Below are positions 9,565 to 19,978 of a stretch of 64,000 nucleotides of DNA, one piece after another. Each line of letters opens with the position of its first letter. Within the stretch, counting starts at the first letter, position 1. This stretch comes from Parcubacteria group bacterium (GTDB lineage Bacteria; Patescibacteriota; Minisyncoccia; Moranbacterales; JAKLHP01). The notes under the pieces are model-generated. The model was not told the origin of the DNA and made no database searches. It was given only the letters and a program-made list of their open reading frames with translations. The position numbers and the translations under genes are program-made. The DNA lies in NCBI GenBank assembly GCA_041657845.1, contig JBBABD010000001.1, positions 14,255 through 78,254 of the forward strand. The letters run 5' to 3'.

Positions 9565-9810
9565 TTAAACAAAGACGGATCCTTTCCCGTTTCCGTTTCT
9601 TCTTGTTGATAGTTTCCCGTCAACAAAAAATGTAATTTCCCCTCTCGCAGTGAGAACAGGATCTCCCGTATGATACGAATAGATTCTTCTGCATACCGGA
9701 CAAACACAGGCATGAATCCAGCTCTGACTATTTAACTTTCCAACCTGAATTCTCACTTTATCAGAAATGCCGACACAGACCTCGGATCTACATTCGCATA
9801 CAATTTCCAT
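9565..9810 (-). CDS. Small zinc-ribbon protein (81 aa).
   Basis: An 'aaggaggg' ribosome-binding site lies 7 nt upstream of the ATG on the minus strand. Two Cys pairs are present ('CECRSEVC' and 'CVCPVCRR'). GC content is higher than the flanks. Confidence 0.45.
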   Translation of the reverse strand: MEIVCECRSEVCVGISDKVRIQVGKLNSQSWIHACVCPVCRRIYSYHTGDPVLTARGEITFFVDGKLSTRRNGNGKGSVFV

Positions 9811-9890
9811 GTTGTTCCCTCCTTATTTTTTTGAAAACCATATTGAATCCATTATTATAAATCTATGGCGCAAAGTCAAATGCAAAACTT

Positions 9891-11459
9891 ATGAAAAGCA
9901 ACCTCGCCAAATCAGCTTTGTGGGTTACGTTTTCGGAGATATTGTTCAATCTCTCCGGTTTTGTGATTCACTCTGTTTTGGGAAGATTTTTGGGGCCGGC
10001 AGATTATGGAAGATACGGAATCATCATCACGCTTACAACGATGGTTATCATTCTGATTGGAAACGGAATTCCGACCGCCATGGCCAAATATATCAGCGAA
10101 TATTTTGAAATCAATCCCAGAATGGTAAAAACGATCAAGAAACAGGCGATTGTTTTGCAAACTATTATCATCGGAGGAATAACAATTTTATTTTTCTTTT
10201 CCATTCCCCTCATCTGCAAAGCGCTTGGCGATCCGACTCTTATTCCGCTATTTAGAATATCCACGCTAATAATCCCCGCTTTCGCCGGTGCTTCTTTCTA
10301 TTTTTCATACTATACCGGCCTTCACAGGTTCAATCTGCAAGCCACTCTCAAAACACTCAGATCGATTTTCCGAATAGTATTTGTCATCGGACTGGCTTAT
10401 TTTTGGAAAGTTGAGGGTTCGATTGTTGGATATATTATAGCTCCCGGAGGCGTTTTTTTGGTAGCTTTTTTGATTGATAAATTTTACATTGGGCCAAAAC
10501 TCAAAAAACAAGAAGAATTGCAAAAAAATATAGCTAGCGATAATCGTTCGGGATCCTTCGCCGCGGCGGCTCAGGATGACGTAAATTTTGACTGGCGAAA
10601 ACTTACCAACTACGCTTGGCAAATTGTTGTATTCTTTTTGGCCTATGAACTTTTGATCAGCATTGACCTATATTTAGTAAAAGCAATTCTCCGAGACGAC
10701 AATTTGACCGGAATTTATAACGCTGCGCTCACTGTTGGACGAATTCCCTATTATATTTTCTACGCTATGACAATTTTTCTCCTTCCCATGGTTTCTAAAT
10801 CCACCTCCCAAAATAACCCGGAAGAAACCAAAAAAATCCTCGCTCAATCGCTCAGAATTATGCTGCTCCTCCTCGTTCCAATGATCGTCCTTATGTCAAT
10901 TTATGCCAAACCGATTTTAATTGACTTCTACGGCGCAAAATATGCCCTTGGGGCGTTTCCGATGTCGATCTTGGAATACGGCATCGGATTTTTGACTATT
11001 TTCTATGTAATGAGTTTCGCCCTGAACGGCGCCGGAAAAACAAAAATGGTAATGAAAATATCAATTGTCGGTTTTTTGATAAACGCAATTTTAAATTATA
11101 TTTTAATCAAAAAATATTCCATAACCGGATCGGCTATCGCCACTTCCATTGCCTCTTTTATTGTCGCTATTTGGATACTATATTATTTGTGGCGTGATTT
11201 CGGAGCTTTGATAAAAATAAAAACATTTTTGAAAACAATTTTCGCCGCAGCGCTAATGTATTTAGTCTCGCTGTTATTTTCAAAAGGAGAAATAGCCTTT
11301 ATTGCTTGGTCGATTATTCTTTTCGTTTTCTATCTTTTTGTCCTATATATCTTAAAAGAAATCAAGAAAGAAGATCTGGAAATTGTCAAAACATTGATAT
11401 TCAGAAAGAAAAAAGAAGAAGTAGAACAAGAATTATCCGGGAATGAGCCTAGCGCTTGA
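9891..11459 (+). CDS. Wzx-like polysaccharide biosynthesis protein / lipid-linked oligosaccharide flippase (MOP superfamily).
   Basis: 522 aa with ~14 TM helices. The N-terminus 'SALWVTFSEILFNLSGFVIHSVLGRFLGPADYGRYG' is typical of the Polysacc_synt family. Confidence 0.7.
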   Translation: MKSNLAKSALWVTFSEILFNLSGFVIHSVLGRFLGPADYGRYGIIITLTTMVIILIGNGIPTAMAKYISEYFEINPRMVKTIKKQAIVLQTIIIGGITILFFFSIPLICKALGDPTLIPLFRISTLIIPAFAGASFYFSYYTGLHRFNLQATLKTLRSIFRIVFVIGLAYFWKVEGSIVGYIIAPGGVFLVAFLIDKFYIGPKLKKQEELQKNIASDNRSGSFAAAAQDDVNFDWRKLTNYAWQIVVFFLAYELLISIDLYLVKAILRDDNLTGIYNAALTVGRIPYYIFYAMTIFLLPMVSKSTSQNNPEETKKILAQSLRIMLLLLVPMIVLMSIYAKPILIDFYGAKYALGAFPMSILEYGIGFLTIFYVMSFALNGAGKTKMVMKISIVGFLINAILNYILIKKYSITGSAIATSIASFIVAIWILYYLWRDFGALIKIKTFLKTIFAAALMYLVSLLFSKGEIAFIAWSIILFVFYLFVLYILKEIKKEDLEIVKTLIFRKKKEEVEQELSGNEPSA

Positions 11460-11531
11460 GCTCAATTGACTTAACAATTTGGTCTGGTACAATAGAATTA
11501 AATTGAATTAAAATCAGGGGAAAAAAGAGAA

Positions 11532-12269
11532 ATGAATAGTGAAAAAATATCTGTCGTCATCCCGTGTTTCAACGAGGAAAAAAACATCCAAAGCAATATC
11601 AAAAAAATATTCAAATACCTCGAGGGAAATTTCGAAAATTTCGAAATAATAGCGGTAAATGACGGAAGCACCGATAAAACCATAGAGGAACTGAAAAATT
11701 TGCAAAACGAAATTCCGCTTGCCATAATGGACAATTACGAAAACGAAGGCAAGGGAAAAGTAGTATGCGACGGGATACTCAAAAGCAACAATAATATTGT
11801 GATGTTTTTAGATGCCGATTTGGCCATTCCCATTGAAGAGCTGGAAAAATTTATTGTCGAAATTAACAAGGGATATGACATAGCGATTGCTTCACGCTTT
11901 GTTCCTGGAGGAAAAGTGATCCAAAAAGTTCTCTGGTACCGCATAATAATGGAAAAAGCTTTCAGAATCATTCGAACGATAATAATCAATAATTATAAGG
12001 TCCGAGATACTCAGTGCGGCTTTAAAGTATTCAGAAGAGATGCGGCTATGAAAATTTTTCCGCTTATGACTATCAAGCGCTTTGCTTTTGATTCGGAAAT
12101 CATATTTCTAGCCGGAAAATATAAATTTAAAATAAAGGAGCTTCCAATAACCCTTCAGAATCCGATCAGAAGCCATGTCAGAATATTTCGCGATCCTTTT
12201 AATATGCTTTGCGATCTTTTCAAGATAAGGATTAATGATGCAAAAAGAAAATATAAATTAAAAAAATAA
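11532..12269 (+). CDS. GT2 polyprenyl-phosphate glycosyltransferase (soluble DPM1/GtrB-like).
   Basis: It carries 'VVIPCFNEEKNI...IIAVNDGSTDKT' and 'FLDADL' (DxD) motifs. Confidence 0.75.
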   Translation: MNSEKISVVIPCFNEEKNIQSNIKKIFKYLEGNFENFEIIAVNDGSTDKTIEELKNLQNEIPLAIMDNYENEGKGKVVCDGILKSNNNIVMFLDADLAIPIEELEKFIVEINKGYDIAIASRFVPGGKVIQKVLWYRIIMEKAFRIIRTIIINNYKVRDTQCGFKVFRRDAAMKIFPLMTIKRFAFDSEIIFLAGKYKFKIKELPITLQNPIRSHVRIFRDPFNMLCDLFKIRINDAKRKYKLKK

Positions 12270-14036
12270 ATGTTTTCTTTAGAAAAAATTAAAGAAAAAA
12301 AATGGGAATTAATCTTCGTTTTGTCCCTGATATTTTTGGGGATTTTTTTGCGTACTTTCCATTTTTCCAAATGGCTCCACTTCGAAATCGACCAGTCTTA
12401 TGATTATTTGATGGTTTCTCCCGCAGTAGAAAAAGGGATTGGAAATCTTCCGCTTCTAGGACCGACTGCCGGCGGCGGAAGAGCGCTCCGGCTCGGTCCG
12501 GCTTTCTATTATATGGAATATTTGAGCGCCAAAGTTTTCGGAAATAACCCGACCGGGCATGCCATGCTCGTTCTGATCCTTTCTATTTTTTCTCTTCCAA
12601 TATTTTATTTATTTTCCAGAAGATACTTTTCCAAAAACATTTCTATCGGACTTCTGGCAATTTTTTCCACTTCGGTTTATATGGTTCTCTATTCCCGCTT
12701 TTCTTGGAGTCCGAACGTGCTTCCGTTTTTAACGCTTCTGACTTTTTACGCCTTGCTTCAAAGCGTCAGCGAGAAAGAAAAAAACAAAGACCGATGGTTT
12801 CTATTTTTCGCTTTTTTAATCGGAGTTTCGACTCAGATTCATTTCAATTCATTTTTCATTATCCCGGCAGTAGCAATTATATTTTTACTGATTAAACGCC
12901 CTAAATTCAAATTGAAAACTTGGGGCTTGGCTATCGCAATATTTCTGTTCTTGTATTCTCCAGTGATTGTTAACGAAATAAAAACTGGCGGACAAGATAT
13001 CGCTTTTTTTCAAGAAAAAATATCTGGGGAATCAAGCGATGAAACAACCCAAGATCCAGGAAAGGATGACAAAAAATCCGGAGAAAAACTTTTTCAAAAT
13101 TTCCGATATCACGCTTATGAATATTTTTTGATTATTAGCGGAAATGACACAATTAACGGCAACCGGCCCAAGGGATATGATTTGGGACTCACTTGCAAAA
13201 CTTGCAGCGACAAACTGCCCTGGAGAACATCCGGATTGATATTGTTCCTCTTTGGAACAATATTGCTTGCTTGCAAACTAACAAAAGAAAAAGATAGTGA
13301 AAGAAAAAATTTCTTGCTGATATCAGCTCTTTGGCTTGCGGCTTCATTTCTTTATTTTTTCGCCATAACTTACGACGGACTTTATATTTATCCACGATTT
13401 TTCCTGGTCGTTGCGCCTCTGCCTTTTATTCTTCTCGGACTCATATTTGAAAGCCTTGGCGCTGATAAAAACAGAATAAGCCTTCTGGCTTTTGCGGCTG
13501 CGATATTATTTTTGTCCTTTGCAAACACGCAAAAATTAAAAGATGATTTCAGCCAGCTAAAAAATGCTCCCATCCAAGACAAGAAAGTGGAAAAAGAAGA
13601 TGTTTTCCCTAATAATTATCGCGTCACGCAGGAGCAGCAGATTCTTATCACGGATTATATCGCATCCGAATTCAAACAAAATAGTTATCCTGTTTACATA
13701 AAAACCATTCATGAATATGAACCGGCATTTTGGTATTATTTGGGACAGAAGGGAATTTATTATTACGGAAAAATGAAACCCGAGACAGTTTATAAACAGG
13801 GAAATTATTTCTTGGTTCTCTATTCCTCCGACAGCAACAAGGAAATAAAAGAATATGGGGACACTTTCAATATTGCCGAAGAAAAAGAATTCGGCGTCCT
13901 TACTGTTTTTCAGTTAAATCCGAAACCGGCATCTATCACCGGCGAAAGACAAAGCGATTCGAAAAGAGAAACACCCGTTCAAGCGCAACAAATTTCCAAG
14001 CTTCTAACCTGGAAAAAATTATTTTCAAAGCAATAA
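12270..14036 (+). CDS. GT-C-fold membrane glycosyltransferase (GT39/PMT-ArnT-like), paralog 1.
   Basis: It has 12 or more TM helices. The first-loop signature is 'FLRTFHFSKWLHFEIDQSYD...LPLLGPTAGGG..LRLGPAFYY'. A C-terminal soluble domain follows. Confidence 0.6.
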   Translation: MFSLEKIKEKKWELIFVLSLIFLGIFLRTFHFSKWLHFEIDQSYDYLMVSPAVEKGIGNLPLLGPTAGGGRALRLGPAFYYMEYLSAKVFGNNPTGHAMLVLILSIFSLPIFYLFSRRYFSKNISIGLLAIFSTSVYMVLYSRFSWSPNVLPFLTLLTFYALLQSVSEKEKNKDRWFLFFAFLIGVSTQIHFNSFFIIPAVAIIFLLIKRPKFKLKTWGLAIAIFLFLYSPVIVNEIKTGGQDIAFFQEKISGESSDETTQDPGKDDKKSGEKLFQNFRYHAYEYFLIISGNDTINGNRPKGYDLGLTCKTCSDKLPWRTSGLILFLFGTILLACKLTKEKDSERKNFLLISALWLAASFLYFFAITYDGLYIYPRFFLVVAPLPFILLGLIFESLGADKNRISLLAFAAAILFLSFANTQKLKDDFSQLKNAPIQDKKVEKEDVFPNNYRVTQEQQILITDYIASEFKQNSYPVYIKTIHEYEPAFWYYLGQKGIYYYGKMKPETVYKQGNYFLVLYSSDSNKEIKEYGDTFNIAEEKEFGVLTVFQLNPKPASITGERQSDSKRETPVQAQQISKLLTWKKLFSKQ

Positions 14037-14050
14037 ACTGTCTTGAATCG

Positions 14051-15589
14051 CTATTTCTGATTTCCCCACCGATAAACCAGTACATCTCCCCTCACCTGAG
14101 GATTGCTGACTTTTGAAAAGTTTTTTTCGACATAATCGACAGCTTCACTGGAAATATAAGTTTCGTCATTGGTGGAAATAATAAACCATCCGCTTGGATT
14201 TTGACTGGCAATGTCCTGGATCTCGGCAACTGATAATTTTTCCTTGGAAAGTTCTCCTCCAAAATCAAAAACTTTTACTTTCGCTCCGCTCCAATAATAG
14301 TTTCGAAAATTTCTGGTTATCAGCGCATCTCCATCTTTTTTGTATTTTTTGAAATAAGTGAAAATTTTTCGATAATTGGGGTTGCTGGACTGGGATGTTT
14401 GGTTATAAGTATTGTCGCTGGTTTCAAAAAAGTAAGCATAATTAGGAAGAATCAAAAGTGAAATAATAATGGTCGTGAGATAGGCTTTCTTTCCGTAATT
14501 TTTCAAGTTTTCTTTGAAAAATTCAGCGGCAAAATATATTCCCGAGGCAATAAGGATTATTCCGAAAGATTTTATGAAAAAGATATATTGATTTCCGACA
14601 TTTCTTCCCCACAAAAAAATCGCGGAAAAAAGAACAACAAAGAAAGACATTGCCAGAAAACTTCCTTCTTTTGACATTTTTTGCTTTTTGGAAATAAAAT
14701 ATATTCCCAAAATAATAAATATGAAAGCTAGGATTCCGTTGGTGTAATCAGAAAGTGAAATTCTTGCGTATTCGAAGTGGCTGGTAAAGAAAGTCAATCC
14801 GGCTGTAAACGAAACTACTGTTTTGGGAATTGCAATAATAGCTCCAATAATCCCTAAAATGCTTAGCCCGAAAATTACCGAATATTTGTTCAGGTGCGAC
14901 TTGTTTTTGTTCCAATTCAAAACAGTCCAAAAAAGCAGGTAAAATCCGACTGCAAAAACGATATTGGCCGTGAGCTGGTGGGTCGCTAGGCTCAAAATTC
15001 CCACAGCAAGAGCGGGAATTAGGTATAGTGGGTTAATATCCCATTTTTCACTAATCTTCTTCAGAAAACCGATTTTGCCCTTATAATTGCTCTCCAGGAA
15101 ACGAAATAAAAGCCAAGAGAGAGCGAGATAAACCGGCAAAAACATTGCGTACATCCGAAGTTTCCTATCAAACTCAATTCCGGAAGTACTGATAGCGAAA
15201 AGAAAAGCGCCAATTAGGCCTATCATCTTCTTTTTGGTAAAATCGGTTGCCACAAAATAAATTAGAGCTATTGTTAAGATTCCCCATAAAACGCTTATTG
15301 TTCGCGCCGTACTTTCCGTTGGAGGGAGAAAATTAAAAAGCTCGGCCACCTGCCATTTATATACTCCAGCGCGCTCATCTCTAGCTTGAAAAACGTTATC
15401 GGCATTCACTTTTTCAAAATTAAAATCCCAATTTTGCCAAATACCGGTTTTGAAATAAGCATAGGAAGAATTTATGTCCAAAAATTCATCTGCCACGAAA
15501 GAATTATTTCCCAACTTATAGAATCGGAGAAACGCTCCGAGCAGAATTATAATTATCAGCGCTGTGTAAATATTTTTTCTAGAAAACAT
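14051..15589 (-). CDS. GT-C-fold membrane glycosyltransferase (ArnT/GT83-GT39-like).
   Basis: The N-terminal TM is followed by 'FLRFYKLGNNSFVADEFLD' (the DE motif of lipid-carrier-dependent glycosyltransferases). It is polytopic with a C-terminal soluble domain. Confidence 0.6.
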   Translation of the reverse strand: MFSRKNIYTALIIIILLGAFLRFYKLGNNSFVADEFLDINSSYAYFKTGIWQNWDFNFEKVNADNVFQARDERAGVYKWQVAELFNFLPPTESTARTISVLWGILTIALIYFVATDFTKKKMIGLIGAFLFAISTSGIEFDRKLRMYAMFLPVYLALSWLLFRFLESNYKGKIGFLKKISEKWDINPLYLIPALAVGILSLATHQLTANIVFAVGFYLLFWTVLNWNKNKSHLNKYSVIFGLSILGIIGAIIAIPKTVVSFTAGLTFFTSHFEYARISLSDYTNGILAFIFIILGIYFISKKQKMSKEGSFLAMSFFVVLFSAIFLWGRNVGNQYIFFIKSFGIILIASGIYFAAEFFKENLKNYGKKAYLTTIIISLLILPNYAYFFETSDNTYNQTSQSSNPNYRKIFTYFKKYKKDGDALITRNFRNYYWSGAKVKVFDFGGELSKEKLSVAEIQDIASQNPSGWFIISTNDETYISSEAVDYVEKNFSKVSNPQVRGDVLVYRWGNQK

Positions 15590-15740
15590 ATGAGCAAATT
15601 TACAATTTTCAATTTACAATTTTCAAACAATTTTCAATTTCCCAATTAATTAATTTTCAAACATTTGGAAATTTAGTCATTGTTTCGCCAGCCGGCGAAT
15701 TCATTGTAAATTGATCATTGTTCATTGAAAATTATAAAGA
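15590..15740. promoter_or_regulatory. AT-rich intergenic region with short tandem repeats between two minus-strand GT-C genes; probable promoter region.
   Basis: Tandem units 'tttacaattttcaa'/'acaattttcaa'/'ttaattttcaaaca' and 'cattgtaaattg'/'cattgttcattg' are visible. Confidence 0.25.
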
Positions 15741-17519
15741 TTATTCTTCTTCCTCATCTTCACTTCCTGTGCTGTCGAATATTTCCTGCCAAGTATAGCG
15801 TTTTGGAACGCCTGCAGCGCTTTTGGATCCGCCAGAGTCTTCGAATATTTCTTCTTCCGCATTTATCGCTTCCGGCTTGGGAGCAAGCTGAATTACCATC
15901 AAAGTTCCGAACTGTTTTTTGTTTACATAATCGTAGGAGATAGAATAATCTTCCAAATGGCCTTCCAAATTGGAATCGGTTGGATAAACCAGAAAATAAT
16001 TTCCATTTCTATAGACAGTATGGCCGTTAACCGCGTCCCTGAAATCGCTTTCCGGAATATCTCTCTGGCTCAGATCAAAAAGCAAAGACCTTCGATAAAA
16101 AGAACTGCTGTTGAGATATACTGGATATTTATTTTTTTGATAAAAACTTTCAATATAATTCGTTATCATATACTGCTGTTCCATTGTCACTCGCTGTCTT
16201 TCCTTCAAAATTCTGTCAGCGGAAACTTTTACCGTTTTATAGGGAGCATTTTTGAGTTCAGTAAATCTTAAATATGTCCTGTATAAGCTTGACGCAGAAA
16301 ATCCCAATATAACAATTAATGCAACTGCGACAGCGATTCTTTGGGGAAAAATTTTCCCGATAAAATCTAATGTGAATCCCAAAAATATGAAAGGCAAAGC
16401 AGAAACCAGAAGCCAGAAGCGGGGAGAAATATCAAATGCTAAAGGCGTGAAAAGTCCAAATACGGCAATAAACCAGAGAGAAATCAGAACAATAAAGTCT
16501 TTTTTTCTTAAGTCCTTTTCAAAAACTAAGTTCTTAAGCATCAGCAAAAGACCCGAGGAAAATAATATAGCTGCCACTATTCCATATGGAAGTTCTTTTT
16601 TACATCCTTGGTCGCATAGAATATTCAGATTGGGATTCCGAAGAACGCGAGGGAGTTCGGAATTCTGAGAGCTGAGAATGAGAAAATGTCCGACAGAATT
16701 TTCGCTGTAATTCTTGACTATTTTCGCAAGAAGGCTTTTTTCGCTTTTTCCCTCCGTTTTTCCTGAAACAACTTCCTTAAATTCTTTGAAATTATCTCCT
16801 CCGGTTTTTATTTCATTCAAAATCACCGGGAAATTCATAAGCAGTATAATACCAATCGCTCCGGTCCAATAAGCCCACTTTATTTTCGGCCTTTTGATGA
16901 TCAGAAACGCCGCCGTGATGACCGGAAAAGAAACATAAGCCAAAAAATGAAGCTGGGTGGCGACTGATATGAAAAAAGCCGCCGCCAAAAGCCACTTTCC
17001 TTTGTTCTTTTCTTCCCTATCGACTGCTCTAAGCAATGAATAGATTGCAAGAATAGTGAATAATGGAAGCGGATTTGGATTCCAGCTGAAACGGGAATAC
17101 ATTACTAGAAATAGCGAGGTTGAAAACAAAAGAAGCAGGCCGATGGAAGTCCATTTATTAAAATACCTTCTGACTAAAATATAGAAAGCGGGAATAGCCA
17201 AAATTCCGAATATCATTATTATGGTTGCTATCCCAGAAGGAGTATTTCCAAAAACTAGTGAGCTTAAATATTTGAAGTAATAAAAAACCGGTCCAAGCCT
17301 TAAAAACGATCCAGCCGCTTTCGGTCCCAAAAGAGGCAACGCTCCCGGCCCTTCTTTGATTGCCAAGTCGATTACTTTGGCATCGCGCGACTGATCCAAC
17401 TCAAAATGAAGCCAATCGGAAAAATGATAGAAACGCAGAAACGCGCCTAGCAAAAGTACGACCAAAAAAACGATATAAAAGTACCTTTTCTTGAAAGAAT
17501 TGAAAGCTTTATTTTTCAT
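15741..17519 (-). CDS. GT-C-fold membrane glycosyltransferase (GT39-like), paralog 2.
   Basis: It has the signature 'FLRFYHFSDWLHFELDQSRD...LPLLGPKAAGSFLRLGPVFYY' and an acidic C-terminal tail 'SEDEEEE'. Confidence 0.6.
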   Translation of the reverse strand: MKNKAFNSFKKRYFYIVFLVVLLLGAFLRFYHFSDWLHFELDQSRDAKVIDLAIKEGPGALPLLGPKAAGSFLRLGPVFYYFKYLSSLVFGNTPSGIATIIMIFGILAIPAFYILVRRYFNKWTSIGLLLLFSTSLFLVMYSRFSWNPNPLPLFTILAIYSLLRAVDREEKNKGKWLLAAAFFISVATQLHFLAYVSFPVITAAFLIIKRPKIKWAYWTGAIGIILLMNFPVILNEIKTGGDNFKEFKEVVSGKTEGKSEKSLLAKIVKNYSENSVGHFLILSSQNSELPRVLRNPNLNILCDQGCKKELPYGIVAAILFSSGLLLMLKNLVFEKDLRKKDFIVLISLWFIAVFGLFTPLAFDISPRFWLLVSALPFIFLGFTLDFIGKIFPQRIAVAVALIVILGFSASSLYRTYLRFTELKNAPYKTVKVSADRILKERQRVTMEQQYMITNYIESFYQKNKYPVYLNSSSFYRRSLLFDLSQRDIPESDFRDAVNGHTVYRNGNYFLVYPTDSNLEGHLEDYSISYDYVNKKQFGTLMVIQLAPKPEAINAEEEIFEDSGGSKSAAGVPKRYTWQEIFDSTGSEDEEEE

Positions 17520-17605
17520 AAATTTGCCTGTATAATTGTTTTGTAGGCTATTTTAAATATTAGGCTATTTTTAACATTTTAGCAATAACCAAATATATCA
17601 AAAAA

Positions 17606-19957
17606 ATGAACTATTCAAAAATTAAAAAAATTCTCAATCTGGAAAATTCCTTGCTTCTTTTCATTTCGATTGTTTCAGCCATAAATACTTTCTTATATGT
17701 TTATTTTAAGCTTCATAAAGCCAACCTTTTCGACTCAATCGGCGATGGAAAAATTGGTTTCATTTATTTTTTCATTATTATTTCTTCTCTGGCCGTTTTG
17801 GCTTATGTCTTTAGGAATCCGGCTGGAACTGCCTATACAGTCAAAAAGTTTCTTCTGACTTTCCTGCCTATGGAATCGATTTTGATTTATGGATATCTGT
17901 TTAATAAAATCGGCTATGACAAAACGATTTTCAATTATACATTGAGACCCTTCATAGGAATTTATCTTGCATTTGCCGGTTTTTATTTTCTTTTTAAATA
18001 TAAAAAATACAAAAAAATAAAGGATTTTTTCAAAGATTTCAGGGAAGAAAAAAATGAAGAAATTGCCGTTTCGCCAAAAGACATTTCTTTCCGGGGAAAA
18101 ATTATTTTCTGGTTTAAAAAAAGAGGGATTCTGGCGACATTAATAATCCTTTCTGTAATAGCCTTGAATTTGGGATTTGGAAGCTATCACCTAGCCAAAT
18201 TTGCCGCTGTTGATGAACCGCTTTGGACGCATGATCGGATTCCCAAATTTTGGACCAATGTGCTGGATGGAGAATTCAATAAAACAATGGTCAGTGACAA
18301 GCCGGGAATAACCGTGGCCATAATTTCAGGCGCTGCTATGAATTGGACAAACCCGACTTATTACAAAAGTTCGAGCTGGGACGGAAATGCTCTGGAGGAA
18401 TATTTAGGGCTAGAGAATCTTAATTTTAATCTCAGGTTTCCCATCCTTTTCTTCAATTGCCTGATGCTTTTGGTCTTTTATTTTTTCATCAAAAAATTAT
18501 TAGGAAAAACTGTTGCGCTTATTTCTTTTATTTTGATCGGGCTTTCTCCTTTGCTTCTGGGAATTTCCACCATCGTCAATCCGGACAGTCTTCTTTGGAT
18601 TTTCGCTCCCCTTTCTTTAATCGCTTATCTTGATTATCTCAAAGAGCACAGGAATAAATATTTGTACTGGACAGGAATATTTTTGGGTCTGGCCGTTCTG
18701 ACAAAATATGTGGCTAACATTCTCTATGTTTTTTTCTTTGGAATGATTTTTCTGGAATATATCGTAAATAAAGTAAAATATGAGAAAACGAGCATTGCCG
18801 AATATTTTAAAAAAACTTTTGCCGATTATTTTGCGATAGTTTTTTTCTCTCTTCTGACTTTTTCCCTACTTCTTCCAGCTGCTTGGGTTGATGTTAACAG
18901 GGTTTTGGAAGGAACTATTCTTTCCAAAGCTTTCACTTCAATCTGGCCATTATTTCTTTGCATTATCGGGCTTGTTCTGGCTGACATATTTATATTCAAA
19001 AATAAAATAATCGCTCCCGTTCTTGATTTTCTTTCTAAATATAAATCATTTTTTGTTATCGCCATCAATTTGATATTTGCCATCCTGACAATAGCAACCA
19101 TTGCTAACACTTATTCTGGAATGAGGTTATACGATTTGGAATCCATTTTGGCCTCACCCAAATCTTCCAAAAGTTTCGGAGGATTTTTGGGACTTATGCT
19201 GGCTAATTTTTATTCGCTGATTTTCGGCCTCACTCCTCTAGCTTTTCTGGCTCTGCTTTTTTCTACTATAACCAACATCTTTCCCAAGAAAAAAAATGCT
19301 AAGGAAACTGCAACTTGGTTCACGTACATCATTCTTTTCATTATTTTTTATTATTTAGCTTCTACCGCCGAAGGAGTAAGCGCTACTGTCAGATATCAAA
19401 TACTCCTCTATCCCCTAGCGATGATTCTTTCCGCTATCGGAATTTATCAATTTGTAAATATCGAAAAGATTAAAAAACATCTAGTTCTCGGTTTTGTTTA
19501 TCTGGGAATTTCAATCATTAGCCTGTACAACCTTAATTCAATTCGACCTTTTTATTTCAGCTATGCGTCCGACCTCTTGCCCAATCAATATGTTTTAAAT
19601 CTCAAAGATATGGGGGATGGAAGCTATGAAGCAGCTGATTATCTCAATAAATTGCCTAATGCCCAAGAATTAACCGTTTGGACTGACAAAAGAGGCGTCT
19701 GTTCTTTTTTTACGGGAACTTGCAAAAGCGGATTTGATTCGAAAACTTTGAATGAAAATATCGACTATTTCGTGGTTTCATCTGGACGAGAATCAAGAAC
19801 TGGGAAAATGACAGCCGGAAGAGCGCAAAACGGAGAAAAGGCAATCATACAATTAGGACAGTTATATAATCAAAAAAACTACGACTACAAATTGGAAATC
19901 GGAGGAAGGCCCGACAATTTTGTTAAAATTGTATCAACAAAGAATATAAAGGAATAA
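17606..19957 (+). CDS. Large GT-C-like membrane glycosyltransferase (783 aa; 'phospholipid-carrier-dependent glycosyltransferase'-like).
   Basis: It has more than 14 TM helices and 'AKFAAVDEPLWTHDRI' (DEP motif in the first extracytoplasmic loop). A C-terminal ~190-aa soluble domain follows. Confidence 0.5.
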   Translation: MNYSKIKKILNLENSLLLFISIVSAINTFLYVYFKLHKANLFDSIGDGKIGFIYFFIIISSLAVLAYVFRNPAGTAYTVKKFLLTFLPMESILIYGYLFNKIGYDKTIFNYTLRPFIGIYLAFAGFYFLFKYKKYKKIKDFFKDFREEKNEEIAVSPKDISFRGKIIFWFKKRGILATLIILSVIALNLGFGSYHLAKFAAVDEPLWTHDRIPKFWTNVLDGEFNKTMVSDKPGITVAIISGAAMNWTNPTYYKSSSWDGNALEEYLGLENLNFNLRFPILFFNCLMLLVFYFFIKKLLGKTVALISFILIGLSPLLLGISTIVNPDSLLWIFAPLSLIAYLDYLKEHRNKYLYWTGIFLGLAVLTKYVANILYVFFFGMIFLEYIVNKVKYEKTSIAEYFKKTFADYFAIVFFSLLTFSLLLPAAWVDVNRVLEGTILSKAFTSIWPLFLCIIGLVLADIFIFKNKIIAPVLDFLSKYKSFFVIAINLIFAILTIATIANTYSGMRLYDLESILASPKSSKSFGGFLGLMLANFYSLIFGLTPLAFLALLFSTITNIFPKKKNAKETATWFTYIILFIIFYYLASTAEGVSATVRYQILLYPLAMILSAIGIYQFVNIEKIKKHLVLGFVYLGISIISLYNLNSIRPFYFSYASDLLPNQYVLNLKDMGDGSYEAADYLNKLPNAQELTVWTDKRGVCSFFTGTCKSGFDSKTLNENIDYFVVSSGRESRTGKMTAGRAQNGEKAIIQLGQLYNQKNYDYKLEIGGRPDNFVKIVSTKNIKE

Positions 19958-19978
19958 ATAATAATTCATAACATTTTT

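Noticed and set aside
15600-15660. Short tandem repeats that could be mistaken for a CRISPR array.
   Set aside because: The units are 11-14 bp, AT-rich and contiguous, with no spacers. There are no cas genes and no 24-48-bp repeat or spacer periodicity anywhere in the window.
15640-15660. Match of 'attaattttcaaa' to the cassette-boundary core repeat at 53280/54970.
   Set aside because: The match is only 13 nt in a very AT-rich context and lacks the distinctive 'tattccggaag' core.
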